A program made the position numbers and the translations under genes. Positions 9,403-20,111 of a stretch of DNA of 64,000 nt are shown piece after piece. Numbering within the stretch: position 1 is the first letter of the stretch; every line of letters starts with the position of its first letter. The notes below the pieces were generated by a model. That model saw only the letters and a program-made list of their open reading frames with translations, ran no database searches and was not told the DNA's origin. The DNA is from an uncultured Dehalococcoidales bacterium (lineage in GTDB: Bacteria > Chloroflexota > Dehalococcoidia > GIF9 > UBA5629): positions 5,541 through 69,540 of the forward strand of contig CAZSED010000012.1 in NCBI GenBank assembly GCA_964605885.1, written 5' to 3'.

Positions 9403-11469
9403 GTGACAAGATCATTCCCGCTGGACAAAGTCCGGAATATAGGCATCATCGCTCACATCGATGCCGGTAAGACCACAACCACCGAGCGGATTCTCTTTTA
9501 CACTGGCCGGACATATAAGGTCGGTGAAGTCCACGACGGCACAGCCGTCATGGACTGGATGGTGCAGGAACGGGAGCGCGGCATAACCATAACCTCAGCC
9601 GCCACAACCTGCCACTGGAGAGAACACCGCATAAATATTATTGATACGCCGGGCCATGTTGATTTCACCGCCGAGGTGGAGCGCAGCCTGCGCGTGCTGG
9701 ACGGCGGCGTGGTGGTGCTGGACGCCGTTTCGGGTGTGGAAGCGCAGTCAGAGACCGTATGGCGCCAGGCCGATAAATACAGCGTGCCCAGGATTTGCTT
9801 TATTAATAAGATGGACAGGGTGGGCGCTGATTTTATGCACACGGTGGAGATGATCGAAGACAGGTTAAAGGCCAAGACACTGATAACCCAGCTTCAAATA
9901 GGCAAGGAAACAGAGTTTAAGGGTGTGGTGGACCTGGTTTCGAATAAGGCATGGCTCTTCCCCGACGAGGTGACAGAAAAACCGGAAGAGATAGAGATGC
10001 CGGCGGAGCTGAAAGAGGAAGCGTCGCAGGCCAGGCACAAGATGATAGAGAAGCTGGCGGAAAATGACGACCAGCTCATGCTGAAATATGTTGATAACCA
10101 TGATATTGGAGAAGAGGATATCAAAGCTGCCATCAGAAGGTTGACAGTGGCCAGCAGGATTGTCCCGATTGTCTGCGGCAGCGCGCTGCGCAACAAAGGC
10201 ATACAGCTTGTGCTTGACGCCGTTGTCGACTATCTGCCCTCGCCGGCGGATAAACCGCCGCTGAAGGCGGTGACGACCTCCGACGGCTCCACTGTTGTCC
10301 GCCCGCCCAGCGATGATGCTCCGTTCTCGGCTCTGGCCTTTAAGGTCGTCTCAGACCCGTTTGTGGGCCGGCTGGTTTACTTCCGTGTATATTCAGGCAG
10401 TATCAAGGTCGGGGCGCAGGTCTATAACGCCAGCAGGGACACCAAGGAGAGGCTGGGCAGGCTGCTGCTAATGCACGCCAACCGTCGCGAGGAGATAGAG
10501 GAAGTTGATGCCGGCAGCATCGCCGCCACCCTTGGATTAAAGAATACCTTTACCGGAGACACACTGTGTGATATGGCCCAGCCCATATTGCTTGAGGATA
10601 TTAAGTTCCCCGAGCCCGTCATCTCCATGGCGGTTGAGCCCAAGAGCAAGGCCGACCAGGACAAGCTGAGCGATGCGCTGGGACGGCTGTCCGAGGAGGA
10701 CCCGACCTTTAAAGTACGCTCCAACGAGGAGACCGGGCAGACCATCATCTCCGGCATGGGCGAGCTGCATCTGGAAGTGCTGATAGACCGCATGCTGAGG
10801 GAGTTCGGCGTGCAGGTCAGGGTGGGCAAACCGCAGGTAGCCTACAAGGAGACCGTCACCGCTAGCGTTGAAGCGGAAGGACGTTTCGTCAGGCAGACTG
10901 GTGGTCACGGGCAGTACGGCGACTGCTGGCTGAGAGTTGAGCCGGGCGAACGCAACAGCGGCTTTAAGTTCTTTAATGAGGTGCGCGGCGGCGATATATC
11001 CAGGCAGTACATCCCGGCCATCGAGGCCGGCGTGCGCGAGGCCCTGGACAGCGGCGGGCTGAGCGGCTACCCCCTGGTGGATATAAAGGTTACTGTATTT
11101 GACGGCAGCGAACATGAAGTGGACTCATCGGAAATGGCCTTCAAGATGGCCGGTTCCATTGCCCTCAAGGAAGGTGTGGCCAGGGCCAAGCCGGTGATTC
11201 TCGAGCCGATAATGAAGCTTGAGGTGGTTACGCCTGCCTCGTTCATGGGCGATGTAATCGGTGATATTAATGCCAGGCGAGGACATATTGAGGGGATTGA
11301 AACGCACGGCGAGACGTGTGTTATTCATTGCTTTGTGCCCCTGGCTGAGTCCTTCGGCTATGCCACGGCCTTGAGGTCGCTTACCCAGGGCAGGGCGACC
11401 TACTCCATGGAGTTCCATCAGTACAGCGAGGTCCCGGCCAGCATACTGGAGCAAATGTTAGCTAGATAA
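9403..11469 (+). CDS. fusA: Elongation factor G
   Basis: [27 protein letters not shown]. Start moved from the track's 9346 (overlaps rpsG) to GTG 9403, which follows a GGGGTG SD. Confidence 0.98.
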   Translation: MTRSFPLDKVRNIGIIAHIDAGKTTTTERILFYTGRTYKVGEVHDGTAVMDWMVQERERGITITSAATTCHWREHRINIIDTPGHVDFTAEVERSLRVLDGGVVVLDAVSGVEAQSETVWRQADKYSVPRICFINKMDRVGADFMHTVEMIEDRLKAKTLITQLQIGKETEFKGVVDLVSNKAWLFPDEVTEKPEEIEMPAELKEEASQARHKMIEKLAENDDQLMLKYVDNHDIGEEDIKAAIRRLTVASRIVPIVCGSALRNKGIQLVLDAVVDYLPSPADKPPLKAVTTSDGSTVVRPPSDDAPFSALAFKVVSDPFVGRLVYFRVYSGSIKVGAQVYNASRDTKERLGRLLLMHANRREEIEEVDAGSIAATLGLKNTFTGDTLCDMAQPILLEDIKFPEPVISMAVEPKSKADQDKLSDALGRLSEEDPTFKVRSNEETGQTIISGMGELHLEVLIDRMLREFGVQVRVGKPQVAYKETVTASVEAEGRFVRQTGGHGQYGDCWLRVEPGERNSGFKFFNEVRGGDISRQYIPAIEAGVREALDSGGLSGYPLVDIKVTVFDGSEHEVDSSEMAFKMAGSIALKEGVARAKPVILEPIMKLEVVTPASFMGDVIGDINARRGHIEGIETHGETCVIHCFVPLAESFGYATALRSLTQGRATYSMEFHQYSEVPASILEQMLAR

Positions 11470-11479
11470 AGGTGTGTAG

Positions 11480-11788
11480 ATGACCAAGCAGAAGATAAGG
11501 ATCAAGCTCAGGGGATACGATCACAGGCTGGTCGACCAGTCGGCCGGACAGATCGTTGAGACTGCCATCAAATCGGGCGCTGAGGTCATCGGGCCTGTGC
11601 CTTTGCCCACCAGGATAGAGAAGTTTTGCGTCATCCGCTCTCCACATATCGATAAGGACTCACGCGAGCAGTTCGAGATACGCACACACAAGAGGTTGAT
11701 CGATATAGTGGGGCCTACCAGCAAGACCATCGATGCCCTTACTCAACTTCAACTGCCGTCGGGCGTGGAAATCGATATAAGGTTATAG
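11480..11788 (+). CDS. rpsJ: 30S ribosomal protein S10
   Basis: [11 protein letters not shown]...GPVPLPT...[16 protein letters not shown]. Confidence 0.99.
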   Translation: MTKQKIRIKLRGYDHRLVDQSAGQIVETAIKSGAEVIGPVPLPTRIEKFCVIRSPHIDKDSREQFEIRTHKRLIDIVGPTSKTIDALTQLQLPSGVEIDIRL

Positions 11789-11798
11789 GAATTAGAGA

Positions 11799-12407
11799 AT
11801 GTCAGGCATACTGGCCAGAAAAATAGGTATGACACAGCTGTACAGGGAGAACCTGGAAATAGCCGTAACGGCTGTTGAGGCAGGGCCCTGCTGCGTCGTC
11901 CAGGTAAAGACCGTTGAGAAAGATAAGTACAATGCCGTTCAGATCGGATTTGGCGCCGCCAAGAAGCTCAACAAGCCTCTGAAAGGCCACGTGAAGTCCA
12001 ACGGCGACTTCAGGCACCTGCGCGAGCTGAGGGTGGACGATATAAAGGATTACCAGGTGGGACAGAAGATCAACGCCGATATTTTTAAAGCCGGCGACAT
12101 CGTACATGTCGAAGGGATATCCAAGGGAAAGGGCTTTGCCGGCGGTGTCAAGCGCTACCATTTCCACGGCGGCCCCAAGACGCACGGCCAGTCGGACAGG
12201 CATCGCGCCCCTGGTTCGGTAGGTTCCACCACGACTCCCGGCCGCGTGTTTAAAGGATTGCGCATGGCGGGCCACATGGGCGCCCGCAAGGTCACGGCCC
12301 GCAACCTCGAGGTGGTCGAGGTGGACGCGGCTAAGAATATTTTGCTTTTGAAGGGAGCGGTGCCGGGCGCCAAGGGCGGAATTTTACTTATAGAGAAGGC
12401 CTCATAG
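11799..12407 (+). CDS. rplC: 50S ribosomal protein L3
   Basis: KIGMTQ...SKGKGFAGGVKRY...RAPGSVG. Confidence 0.99.
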   Translation: MSGILARKIGMTQLYRENLEIAVTAVEAGPCCVVQVKTVEKDKYNAVQIGFGAAKKLNKPLKGHVKSNGDFRHLRELRVDDIKDYQVGQKINADIFKAGDIVHVEGISKGKGFAGGVKRYHFHGGPKTHGQSDRHRAPGSVGSTTTPGRVFKGLRMAGHMGARKVTARNLEVVEVDAAKNILLLKGAVPGAKGGILLIEKAS

Positions 12408-12418
12408 AGGATATTCAA

Positions 12419-13075
12419 GTGGAACTCGATTTATATAATTCAGAAGGAAAGAAGACCGGAAAGATCAAGGTCAGCGACCATGTTTTCGGTCAGGCCCTGA
12501 ATGAGCCGGTGGTGCACCAGGCGCTGCTCAGGCAGCTGGCCAACGGCCGGCAGGGGAATGCCGACACGCAGACCCGCTCGGACGTAAAGCGCAGCACCAA
12601 GAAATTGTATGCGCAGAAGCATACCGGCAGGGCCAGGCGCGGCAGCGCCACGTCACCCCTGCTTAAAGGAGGCGGCGTGGTATTCGGCCCACACCCCCGT
12701 TCATACAGGCAGGACATGCCCAAGAAAATGCGCAGACTGGCCTTACGCTGCGTTATTTCAGGCAAGGCTTCAGATGACGAGATAAGAGTTTTGGACAAGC
12801 TGGAGCTGGAGGAGCCGAAGACCAGGCTGTTGATCGAAATGCTTGACGCCCTGGAGATCACAGATACGGCCCTGATTGGCGTTTCGGCGCCCAATGATTA
12901 TATTACCCAGGCCGGAGCCAATGTGCCCGGAATAAAGACCACCATGGTTTCCATGCTGAATGTTGCCGACATGCTTTCACATAAAATGCTGCTGTTGGAC
13001 GTGGACGCTGTCAGGCATATGGAAAAGCTGTGGGACAAGAAAGAGGAAAAACGTATCAGGGGGAAAGCGGAGTAA
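12419..13075 (+). CDS. rplD: 50S ribosomal protein L4
   Basis: QKHTGRARRGS...GGGVVFGPHPRSY; GTG start. Confidence 0.98.
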   Translation: MELDLYNSEGKKTGKIKVSDHVFGQALNEPVVHQALLRQLANGRQGNADTQTRSDVKRSTKKLYAQKHTGRARRGSATSPLLKGGGVVFGPHPRSYRQDMPKKMRRLALRCVISGKASDDEIRVLDKLELEEPKTRLLIEMLDALEITDTALIGVSAPNDYITQAGANVPGIKTTMVSMLNVADMLSHKMLLLDVDAVRHMEKLWDKKEEKRIRGKAE

Positions 13076-13099
13076 AGCTCCACGGAGTTTGTTCATAGC

Positions 13100-13384
13100 A
13101 TGAATATATATGAAATAGTGCACAGGCCTCTGGTAACTGAGAAGAGCACCCGCCTCTCAGAGAGCAATAAGTATGCCTTTGAGGTCAACAGGAGGGCGAC
13201 CAAGCAGCAGGTCAAAGAGGCAATTGAGCTGGCCTTCAAAGTCGGCGTGGTCAGCGTTAATGTAGTCAAGGTGCCCGCCGAGACAAAAAGGGTTGGCAAA
13301 AGAAATGTGACCAGCCCGCACTGGAAGAAAGCAATAGTAACGCTCAAAGAAGGTGATAAAATACAGTTCTTTGAGGGTGTTTAG
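13100..13384 (+). CDS. rplW: 50S ribosomal protein L23
   Basis: PLVTEKS...ATKQQVKEAIE...WKKAIVTL. Confidence 0.98.
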   Translation: MNIYEIVHRPLVTEKSTRLSESNKYAFEVNRRATKQQVKEAIELAFKVGVVSVNVVKVPAETKRVGKRNVTSPHWKKAIVTLKEGDKIQFFEGV

Positions 13385-13401
13385 GATAGCAGGAGTAAGA
13401 A

Positions 13402-13497
13402 TTGGGTTCTGTTATTAAGAAACGAAAAAAGAAGATGGCGAAGCATAAGCATCGTAAGCTTCTAAGAAAGAACCGATGGCAAAGGCGCCATCCTTAA
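13402..13497 (+). CDS. Small basic protein, bS22 / mS38 (AURKAIP1/COX24, DUF1713) family, 31 aa
   Basis: Not in the ORF track. AGGAGT SD (13391-13396), TTG start, [31 protein letters not shown]. Closely resembles mycobacterial bS22 ([25 protein letters not shown]...). Confidence 0.9.
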   Translation: [31 protein letters not shown]

Positions 13498-13516
13498 TAG
13501 TTAGGAGTAGTTAGAT

Positions 13517-14347
13517 TTGGCTTTGAAGGTATTTCGCCCCACGTCGCCCGGGCGCCGGAGAATGGTTAAGATCACGTTTGATGATATAACCAAGAAGGAG
13601 CCCGAGAAGTCACTGCTGGTGCCACAGCCCAGGAAAGCTGGACGTAACAGCAGGGGTGTGATCACGACCCGTCACAGGGGCGGCGGTGCAAAACGCAGGA
13701 CGCGCATAATAGATTTCAAGCGTGATAAGCTGGGCGTGCCCGGCAAGGTTGCTGCCGTAGAGTACGACCCCGGCCGTTCAGCCCGCATTGCCTTGATATT
13801 TTATGCCGACGGCGAAAAGCGTTATATGCTGTGCCCGCTGGGGCTGGGCGTGGGCGATACAGTGCTGGCCGGCGAAGGCGCAGAGATCAAGCCGGGCAAT
13901 AACCTGCCGCTTTCGGGCATTCCTGCCGGCACCATGATACATAACCTGGAGTTCGAGCCCAACAAGGGCGGCCAGATTGTGAGGAGCGCCGGGACCGCAG
14001 CCCAGTTGCTGGGCAGGGAAGACAAATACTCGACGGTGAGACTGCCTTCGGGTGAGGTCCGCCGTTTTATGAATGAATGCAGGGCTACTATCGGCCAGGT
14101 GGGGAACGTTGACCACCAGAATATCAAGTCGGGCAAGGCAGGTCGAACGCGTTTGCTCGGACGGCGTCCCAAGGTCAGGGGCTCGGCTATGACCCCGCGC
14201 GATCACCCCCACGGTGGTGGCGAGGGCAGGGCGCCGCGCGGCATGGCCCCCAAGACGCCCAGAGGCAAGCCGGCGCTTGGACGTAAAACCCGTGTCCGCA
14301 AGCCCTCAGATAGATTGATAGTAAGGCGCCGCAAGGCGGAGAAATAA
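13517..14347 (+). CDS. rplB: 50S ribosomal protein L2
   Basis: RHRGGG...[12 protein letters not shown]...DHPHGGGEG; TTG start with AGGAGT SD. Confidence 0.99.
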   Translation: MALKVFRPTSPGRRRMVKITFDDITKKEPEKSLLVPQPRKAGRNSRGVITTRHRGGGAKRRTRIIDFKRDKLGVPGKVAAVEYDPGRSARIALIFYADGEKRYMLCPLGLGVGDTVLAGEGAEIKPGNNLPLSGIPAGTMIHNLEFEPNKGGQIVRSAGTAAQLLGREDKYSTVRLPSGEVRRFMNECRATIGQVGNVDHQNIKSGKAGRTRLLGRRPKVRGSAMTPRDHPHGGGEGRAPRGMAPKTPRGKPALGRKTRVRKPSDRLIVRRRKAEK

Positions 14348-14362
14348 AGAGGTAAATTAGAC

Positions 14363-14653
14363 ATGTCACGATCAGCGAGAAAGGGCCCGTACTGTCATCC
14401 CAAGCTGTTGAAAAAGATTGAAGCCCTGAATAAAAAGGGCGAGAAACAGGTTATCAAAACCTGGGCACGCTCCTCTACGGTTATGCCTGAGATGATCGGC
14501 CATACCATAGGGGTGCATGACGGCAGACGGCACGTGCCTATTTTTATCACTGAGAACATGGTAGGACATAAGCTGGGTGAGTTTGCAATGACCAGGACGT
14601 TCCGCGGCCATGTGAGCAAAGCGGCAGCAGCACCGGCGCCGGTCAAGAAGTAA
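14363..14653 (+). CDS. rpsS: 30S ribosomal protein S19
   Basis: IKTWARSS...[15 protein letters not shown]. Confidence 0.99.
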   Translation: MSRSARKGPYCHPKLLKKIEALNKKGEKQVIKTWARSSTVMPEMIGHTIGVHDGRRHVPIFITENMVGHKLGEFAMTRTFRGHVSKAAAAPAPVKK

Positions 14654-14665
14654 GCAGGTTAAGAT

Positions 14666-15004
14666 ATGAGAGTCGCAGCAACAGCAAAGAATATAGGCAT
14701 ACCGCCCCGCAAGATGAAGCTGGTGGTGGATATGGTGCGCGGCAAGAAAGTGGAAGACGCGCTCAATATCCTTAAATTTACACCGACGCCGGCGGCCAAG
14801 GCGGTAGCCAAGGTGATCAAATCGGCTTCAGCCAACGCCGAGAATAACTTCCAACTGGACCCAGCCGAATTAAAGGTCGTTTACATCGTTGCTGACGAGG
14901 GCCGGACATTAAAAAGGTACAGGCCGCAGTCCAGGGGACGATTCAGCCCCATTTTGAAGCGCGCTACGCATATCAAGGTTTTAGTCTCCGAGGAGGAACA
15001 ATAA
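14666..15004 (+). CDS. rplV: 50S ribosomal protein L22
   Basis: PRKMKLVVDMVRGK...SASANAENN...LKRYRPQSRGR. Confidence 0.98.
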   Translation: MRVAATAKNIGIPPRKMKLVVDMVRGKKVEDALNILKFTPTPAAKAVAKVIKSASANAENNFQLDPAELKVVYIVADEGRTLKRYRPQSRGRFSPILKRATHIKVLVSEEEQ

Positions 15005-15676
15005 TTGGGACATAAAGTACATCCCTACGGGTTCAGGATCGGCGTCATCCGCGGCTGGAAGGCCAAGTGGTATGACGAAAAGCACTACCTGGAAGCCCTG
15101 CATGATGATCTCAAGCTGAGGGCTACTATCAAAGGCAAGCTGCGCGAGGGAGCTGTAGCGCGCGTTGAGATAGACCGGCAGGGTAATGATATTTTAGTGA
15201 CCATTTTTACTGCACGTCCGGGCATCGTAATCGGGCGCGGCGGTCAGAGGGCCGAGGAGCTGAGGTCCGAGCTGGAGAGGGTCTGCGGAAAGAAGGTCAA
15301 GCTGTCCATCAAAGAGGTGGAACAGCCTGAGATAGAGGCAGCCCTGGTAGCTCGCAACATCGCCGATTCGCTGGAGAGGCGCGTGGCCTTCAGGCGTGCC
15401 ATGAAGCAGGCTGCCTTCAAGACCAGGCAGGCCGGGGCCAAGGGAATCAAGATCAGCTGTGCCGGCAGGCTGGGCGGCGCTGAAATTGCACGGCGCGAGA
15501 CCATACACGAAGGCCAGCTGCCCCTGCATACGCTGAGCGCTGACATAGATTATGGGTTTGCCGAGGCTGCCACTACCATGGGCAACATCGGCGTTAAAGT
15601 ATGGATATATAAAGGCCGTATCATCCCTGAAGTAAGGAGAGAAAGTGTTACAACCGAAACGGGTGAAGTATCGTAA
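15005..15676 (+). CDS. rpsC: 30S ribosomal protein S3
   Basis: [13 protein letters not shown]...[11 protein letters not shown]...[10 protein letters not shown]. Confidence 0.99.
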   Translation: MGHKVHPYGFRIGVIRGWKAKWYDEKHYLEALHDDLKLRATIKGKLREGAVARVEIDRQGNDILVTIFTARPGIVIGRGGQRAEELRSELERVCGKKVKLSIKEVEQPEIEAALVARNIADSLERRVAFRRAMKQAAFKTRQAGAKGIKISCAGRLGGAEIARRETIHEGQLPLHTLSADIDYGFAEAATTMGNIGVKVWIYKGRIIPEVRRESVTTETGEVS

Positions 15677-16085
15677 GTGCCATCGCGGCCATTTACGTGG
15701 CAAGGCACAATCGGGCAGCACTATAGAATTCGGCGATTTCGGCATGCAGGCCGCAGAGGCGCACTGGCTGACGTCCAGGCAGATCGAGGCTGCACGCCGC
15801 GTTATTGTGCGTTACCTGCGCCGCGGCGGCCAGGTATGGATCCGCGTCTTCCCGGACAAGTCGGTCACCAAGAAGCCGGCTGAAACCCGCATGGGAAGCG
15901 GCAAGGGTGCCGTTGACCACTGGGTGGCCATGGTGAAGCCCGGCAGGATGCTTTTCGAGATAGGCGGCATTAAAGAAGGAATGGCTAAAGAGGCCTTGAC
16001 ACTGGCGGCTTATAAACTGCCGATCAAAACCAGGTTCGTGGCCCGTGAAACCATAAAACAAGAGGTAAAAGGTGAAGCTCACTGA
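15645..16085 (+). CDS. rplP: 50S ribosomal protein L16
   Basis: [11 protein letters not shown]...RQIEAAR...ETRMGSGKG. Confidence 0.99.
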   Translation: MLQPKRVKYRKCHRGHLRGKAQSGSTIEFGDFGMQAAEAHWLTSRQIEAARRVIVRYLRRGGQVWIRVFPDKSVTKKPAETRMGSGKGAVDHWVAMVKPGRMLFEIGGIKEGMAKEALTLAAYKLPIKTRFVARETIKQEVKGEAH

Positions 16086-16269
16086 AATCAAGGCGTTGGG
16101 CGACGCCGAACTGCAGAAGAGACTGGAAGAGGCTCACCAGGAGCTGTTCAACCTGCGCTTTAAGCTGGCAACCAAACAGCTGGTCAATCATCGCGAGATT
16201 CCGGCAGTCAGGAAACGGATTGCCAGGATAAACACCATAATACGAGAAAGGGAGCTTGGCAGGAAATAA
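16072..16269 (+). CDS. rpmC: 50S ribosomal protein L29
   Basis: ELFNLRF...[10 protein letters not shown]; position in the S10 operon. Confidence 0.97.
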   Translation: MKLTEIKALGDAELQKRLEEAHQELFNLRFKLATKQLVNHREIPAVRKRIARINTIIRERELGRK

Positions 16270-16272
16270 GCC

Positions 16273-16578
16273 ATGGAAAAGAACCGGAAAACCAGGATAG
16301 GTAAAGTTACCGGCAACAAGATGAACAAAACGGTTGTCGTACAGGTTGAGAACCTGCGCAGACATCCACTTTATCACAAGGTTGTCAGGCACTCCAACAG
16401 ATTCAAGGCTCATGATGAAAAGAATGAGTGCAACATTGGCGACGTTGTCAAGATGGTTGAAACAAAGCCGCTTTCCAAGGACAAGAGATGGCGGATTGTG
16501 GAAATAATTCAGAAGGCAGAAATTGTTGCGGCAATAAAAGATGACTTGCCTGAGGAAAAAGCGGGAGAATCGAAGTGA
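16273..16578 (+). CDS. rpsQ: 30S ribosomal protein S17
   Basis: KMNKTVVV...HPLYHK...[11 protein letters not shown]. Confidence 0.98.
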   Translation: MEKNRKTRIGKVTGNKMNKTVVVQVENLRRHPLYHKVVRHSNRFKAHDEKNECNIGDVVKMVETKPLSKDKRWRIVEIIQKAEIVAAIKDDLPEEKAGESK

Positions 16579-16943
16579 TCCAGCCTTATTCCAGATTAAG
16601 AGTGGCTGATAATACGGGTGCGCGCCAGATAATGTGCATAGGCGTACCCGGAGGCACACGCAGGCGCTATGCCACGCTGGGCGACGTTATCACCTGCAGC
16701 GTCAAGCGAGCCATCCCCGGCGGAGTTGTGAAGAAGGGCGATGTGGTCAAAGCCGTCATCGTCAGGATCGCCAACCACCATCACAGGCCGGACGGCTCTT
16801 ACGTGCGCTTTGACGACAATGCCGCTGTTATACTGGATGACAAGGGCAACCCCAAGGGCACCAGAATTTTCGGGCCGGTAGCCAGGGAATTACGGGACAA
16901 GAATTTTATGAAGATCATCTCCCTCGCTCCGGAGGTACTCTAA
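16575..16943 (+). CDS. rplN: 50S ribosomal protein L14
   Basis: VADNTGAR...FDDNAAV...[13 protein letters not shown]. Confidence 0.99.
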   Translation: MIQPYSRLRVADNTGARQIMCIGVPGGTRRRYATLGDVITCSVKRAIPGGVVKKGDVVKAVIVRIANHHHRPDGSYVRFDDNAAVILDDKGNPKGTRIFGPVARELRDKNFMKIISLAPEVL

Positions 16944-16945
16944 AT

Positions 16946-17257
16946 ATGAAGATCCAGAAGAATGATAATGTCCTGATAATAACGGGCAAGGACCGGGGCA
17001 AGAAAGGCAAAGTACGCAAGGTAATGCCTGATAAGAACAGCCTGATAGTCGAGGGCCTGAATTTGATTAAACGGCATTCCAAGACCAAAGGCAAGACCCG
17101 GCAGGCCGGAATCATCGAGCTGGAAGGGCCGATAGACGTTTCCAACGTCATGCTCATCTGCAACAAGTGCAACAAACCGGCCCGCGTGGGCGTGAGAGTC
17201 CTGGAAGACGGCAAGAGAGCCAGGTTCTGCCGCACCTGCTCAGAGATCATTGACTGA
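16946..17257 (+). CDS. rplX: 50S ribosomal protein L24 (variant with two CxxC motifs)
   Basis: KOW motif GKDRGKKGKV; EGPIDVSNV; CNKC and CRTC. Confidence 0.98.
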   Translation: MKIQKNDNVLIITGKDRGKKGKVRKVMPDKNSLIVEGLNLIKRHSKTKGKTRQAGIIELEGPIDVSNVMLICNKCNKPARVGVRVLEDGKRARFCRTCSEIID

Positions 17258-17269
17258 TTGAGGTAACTG

Positions 17270-17812
17270 ATGGCAAGGCTGAAAGAAAGATATAAGAAAG
17301 AGATTGTGCCGCAGCTGATAAAAAAGTACGGCTATAAGAACGTTATGGAGGTTCCCCGCTTCAATAAGATCGTATTGAACCTGGGCATGGGCGAATCGCT
17401 GACCAATCCCAAGGCCATGGAGGCCGCCGAGAAGGATTTGACCACCATTGCCGGCCAGCATGCGGTTGTGACCAAGGCAAAGAAATCTATCGCAGCCTTC
17501 AAGCTGAGGGCCGGCGTTCCCATCGGTATGATGGTCACGCTGCGTGACAAGCGGATGTATGAGTTCCTGGATAAGCTGGTCAGCGTGGTGCTGCCCAGGA
17601 TACGTGATTTTCAGGGCGTTTCCAGGGACGCCTTCGACGGCCAGGGCAACTACACGCTGGGAATGAAGGAACAGATCGTATTTCCTGAAATTGAGTACGA
17701 TAAGGTGGACAAGACCAGGGGCCTGGAAATTACCATCGTAACAACGGCTAAGACTGACGAGGACGGCCGGCGATTGCTGGAAGCGATCGGCATGCCGTTT
17801 AAGAAAAACTAG
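17270..17812 (+). CDS. rplE: 50S ribosomal protein L5
   Basis: [10 protein letters not shown]...LPRIRDFQG...[10 protein letters not shown]. Confidence 0.99.
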   Translation: MARLKERYKKEIVPQLIKKYGYKNVMEVPRFNKIVLNLGMGESLTNPKAMEAAEKDLTTIAGQHAVVTKAKKSIAAFKLRAGVPIGMMVTLRDKRMYEFLDKLVSVVLPRIRDFQGVSRDAFDGQGNYTLGMKEQIVFPEIEYDKVDKTRGLEITIVTTAKTDEDGRRLLEAIGMPFKKN

Positions 17813-17824
17813 TAAGGTAAAGTA

Positions 17825-18010
17825 ATGGCAAAGATTTGCAAAATAAACAAAGCTAACCGACCACCCAAGTACAAGGTACAGGCGCATAACCGCTGCAAGC
17901 TGTGCGGCAGGCCCAGGGCCTATATCAGGAAATTTGGCATTTGCCGTATTTGCTTCCGGACGCTGGCCCTGAACGGCGAGCTGCCGGGTGTGAGGAAATC
18001 CAGCTGGTAA
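17825..18010 (+). CDS. rpsN: 30S ribosomal protein S14, type Z (zinc-binding)
   Basis: [10 protein letters not shown]...CRICFR...[11 protein letters not shown], 61 aa. Confidence 0.98.
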   Translation: MAKICKINKANRPPKYKVQAHNRCKLCGRPRAYIRKFGICRICFRTLALNGELPGVRKSSW

Positions 18011-18032
18011 TATTTAGCGGAGTAGTTTACTG

Positions 18033-18425
18033 ATGGTTACTGATCCGATTGCCGATTTATTGACCCGGGTGCGCAACGCAGCCATGGCCCGTCACGACAG
18101 TGTGATGGTGCCCTCGTCCAAGATAAAAATTGCGCTGGCCAAGATCCTGAAAGAGGAAGGTTTTATCAGCGATTTCTCTGTGGTCAAGGGCGAACCTCAG
18201 CGCATGATTAAGGTAACGCTGAAATATATTGACAAGCAGCCGGCATTCATCGGGCTGGAACGTGTGAGCAAGCCTGGCCTGAGGGTCTACAGCGGCAAGA
18301 AAGAAATCCCCAGGGTTTACGGTGGACTCGGCATAGCAGTGCTTTCCACCTCCAAGGGGATCATGACCGGTCAGGACGCCTGGAAGCAGAACCTGGGCGG
18401 AGAAGTATTATGTTACGTATGGTAA
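18033..18425 (+). CDS. rpsH: 30S ribosomal protein S8
   Basis: [14 protein letters not shown]...SKPGLRVY...GGEVLCYVW. Confidence 0.99.
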   Translation: MVTDPIADLLTRVRNAAMARHDSVMVPSSKIKIALAKILKEEGFISDFSVVKGEPQRMIKVTLKYIDKQPAFIGLERVSKPGLRVYSGKKEIPRVYGGLGIAVLSTSKGIMTGQDAWKQNLGGEVLCYVW

Positions 18426-18447
18426 TTGAACACAATGAGGTGAACCC

Positions 18448-19002
18448 GTGTCACGTGTAGGGCGTATGCCGGTGACCGTACCGGACGGCGTTAAGGTAAA
18501 AATTGACGGCAGGACGGTTACTGTCGAAGGCAGCAAAGGGAAGCTGACCCGCGAGTTTCATCCGGATATCAGCATCACGCAGGAGAAGGGTCAGTTAATA
18601 CTGAAACGGTCCAGCGAGAGCAGGCTGCAGCGGTCGCTGCACGGCCTGAGCAGGTCGCTTCTGAGCAACATGGTGGTAGGCGTAACCAAGGGTTTTGAGA
18701 AAAACCTGGAATTGAGCGGGGTGGGCTACAGGGCGCAGAAAGCGGGAAACAAATTGACCCTGCAGGTCGGCTACAGCCACCCGATTGAATTCGAGCCGCC
18801 CAAGGGAATTGATATACAGGTTGAAGGCACAAACAAAATCCGCATAGCCGGCATTGACAGGGAGCTTGTCGGTGAGACGGCGGCCGAAATCAGGCGTATC
18901 CGCATACCCGATTCTTATAAGGGAAAGGGCATTAAGTACGCAGGCGAGAGGCTTCGCCTGAAACCGGGTAAGGCCGGCAAGACCGCAACCAAAGGGAAGT
19001 AA
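18448..19002 (+). CDS. rplF: 50S ribosomal protein L6
   Basis: MSRVGRMPV...GVGYRA...PDSYKGKGIKY. Confidence 0.99.
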   Translation: MSRVGRMPVTVPDGVKVKIDGRTVTVEGSKGKLTREFHPDISITQEKGQLILKRSSESRLQRSLHGLSRSLLSNMVVGVTKGFEKNLELSGVGYRAQKAGNKLTLQVGYSHPIEFEPPKGIDIQVEGTNKIRIAGIDRELVGETAAEIRRIRIPDSYKGKGIKYAGERLRLKPGKAGKTATKGK

Positions 19003-19005
19003 AAA

Positions 19006-19371
19006 ATGCCTAAAGCAAGTTCGAATATTGCCAGGAAAAGACGTCATGTCCGTATCAGGATGAACGTCTCCGGGTCTGATAGCAAACCCAGGCTGAGCGT
19101 TTTCCGCAGCTTGAGCAACATATACGCACAGGTTATCGATGATACCAGCGGTACAACGCTTGTTTCAGTGGGCAGCCTGAACTCTGCAATAAAGGAGCAG
19201 AGCAAGGGCAAGAACAAGACCCAGGTGGCCGAGCTGGTGGGCACCGCGCTGGCAAAATCTGCACAGGATAAAGGGATCAGCCAGGTGGTATTCGACAGGG
19301 GTGGTTATAAGTATCACGGCAGGATAAAAGCCCTGGCCGAAGCTGCCCGCAAGGCCGGGTTAAAATTCTGA
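19006..19371 (+). CDS. rplR: 50S ribosomal protein L18
   Basis: PRLSVFRS...[22 protein letters not shown]. Confidence 0.99.
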   Translation: MPKASSNIARKRRHVRIRMNVSGSDSKPRLSVFRSLSNIYAQVIDDTSGTTLVSVGSLNSAIKEQSKGKNKTQVAELVGTALAKSAQDKGISQVVFDRGGYKYHGRIKALAEAARKAGLKF

Positions 19372-19381
19372 GGATTAGACT

Positions 19382-19912
19382 ATGAAAGCAGAGACTAAAA
19401 TTCATTCGCCGATGCCCAGGGTGGATACCACTGATATGGAATTCACCGAGAAGCTGGTATCCCTCACTCGAGTCACCAAGGTGGTCAAAGGCGGTAAGAA
19501 CCTGCATTTCCGCGCGCTGGTAGTAGTCGGCGACGGCAAGGGCCACGTTGGAGTCGGCCTCGGAAAGGCCAGGGAAGTGCCCGAAGCCATCCGCAAGGCA
19601 GGCGTGGCAGCCCGGAAGAACGTGATCGGCATAACCTTCAAGGATAACACCATACCGCATGCCAGCCTTTCCAAGTTCGGTGCGGCCAGGGTGCTGCTCA
19701 AGCCGGCTCCCCCGGGAACCGGGGTAATTGCCGGCGGCGGCGTCCGTGCCGTTGTCGAGGCGGCCGGTGTGCGGGATATTCTGACTAAATCGCTGGGTTG
19801 TGCCAACCCGGTGAACGTTACCAGGGCGACGGTGCTGGCCCTGGCCAATATGAGGGATCCCAAGGAAAGCATCAAGCGAAGAAAAGGGCAAGCGCTTACC
19901 GAGGAGATTTAA
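19382..19912 (+). CDS. rpsE: 30S ribosomal protein S5
   Basis: [10 protein letters not shown]...[10 protein letters not shown]...GTGVIAGG. Confidence 0.99.
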   Translation: MKAETKIHSPMPRVDTTDMEFTEKLVSLTRVTKVVKGGKNLHFRALVVVGDGKGHVGVGLGKAREVPEAIRKAGVAARKNVIGITFKDNTIPHASLSKFGAARVLLKPAPPGTGVIAGGGVRAVVEAAGVRDILTKSLGCANPVNVTRATVLALANMRDPKESIKRRKGQALTEEI

Positions 19913-19916
19913 GCAA

Positions 19917-20111
19917 GTGTCCAGGATACGCATTAAGTGGATTAAGAGCGATATAGGCTACCCCGGAGACCAGAGGCGCACTCTGAAGGCTCTGGGTTTT
20001 CACAAGTTGAACGAGACAATAGAGAAAGAGGATTCCCCGGTAATAAGGGGCATGGTTGCCAAGGTCAGCCACATGGTAACCGTGGAAGAGAAAGAAAATG
20101 GACCAGAGTAA
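19917..20111 (+). CDS. rpmD: 50S ribosomal protein L30
   Basis: KSDIG...TLKALG...IRGMVAKVSHMV. Confidence 0.97.
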   Translation: MSRIRIKWIKSDIGYPGDQRRTLKALGFHKLNETIEKEDSPVIRGMVAKVSHMVTVEEKENGPE

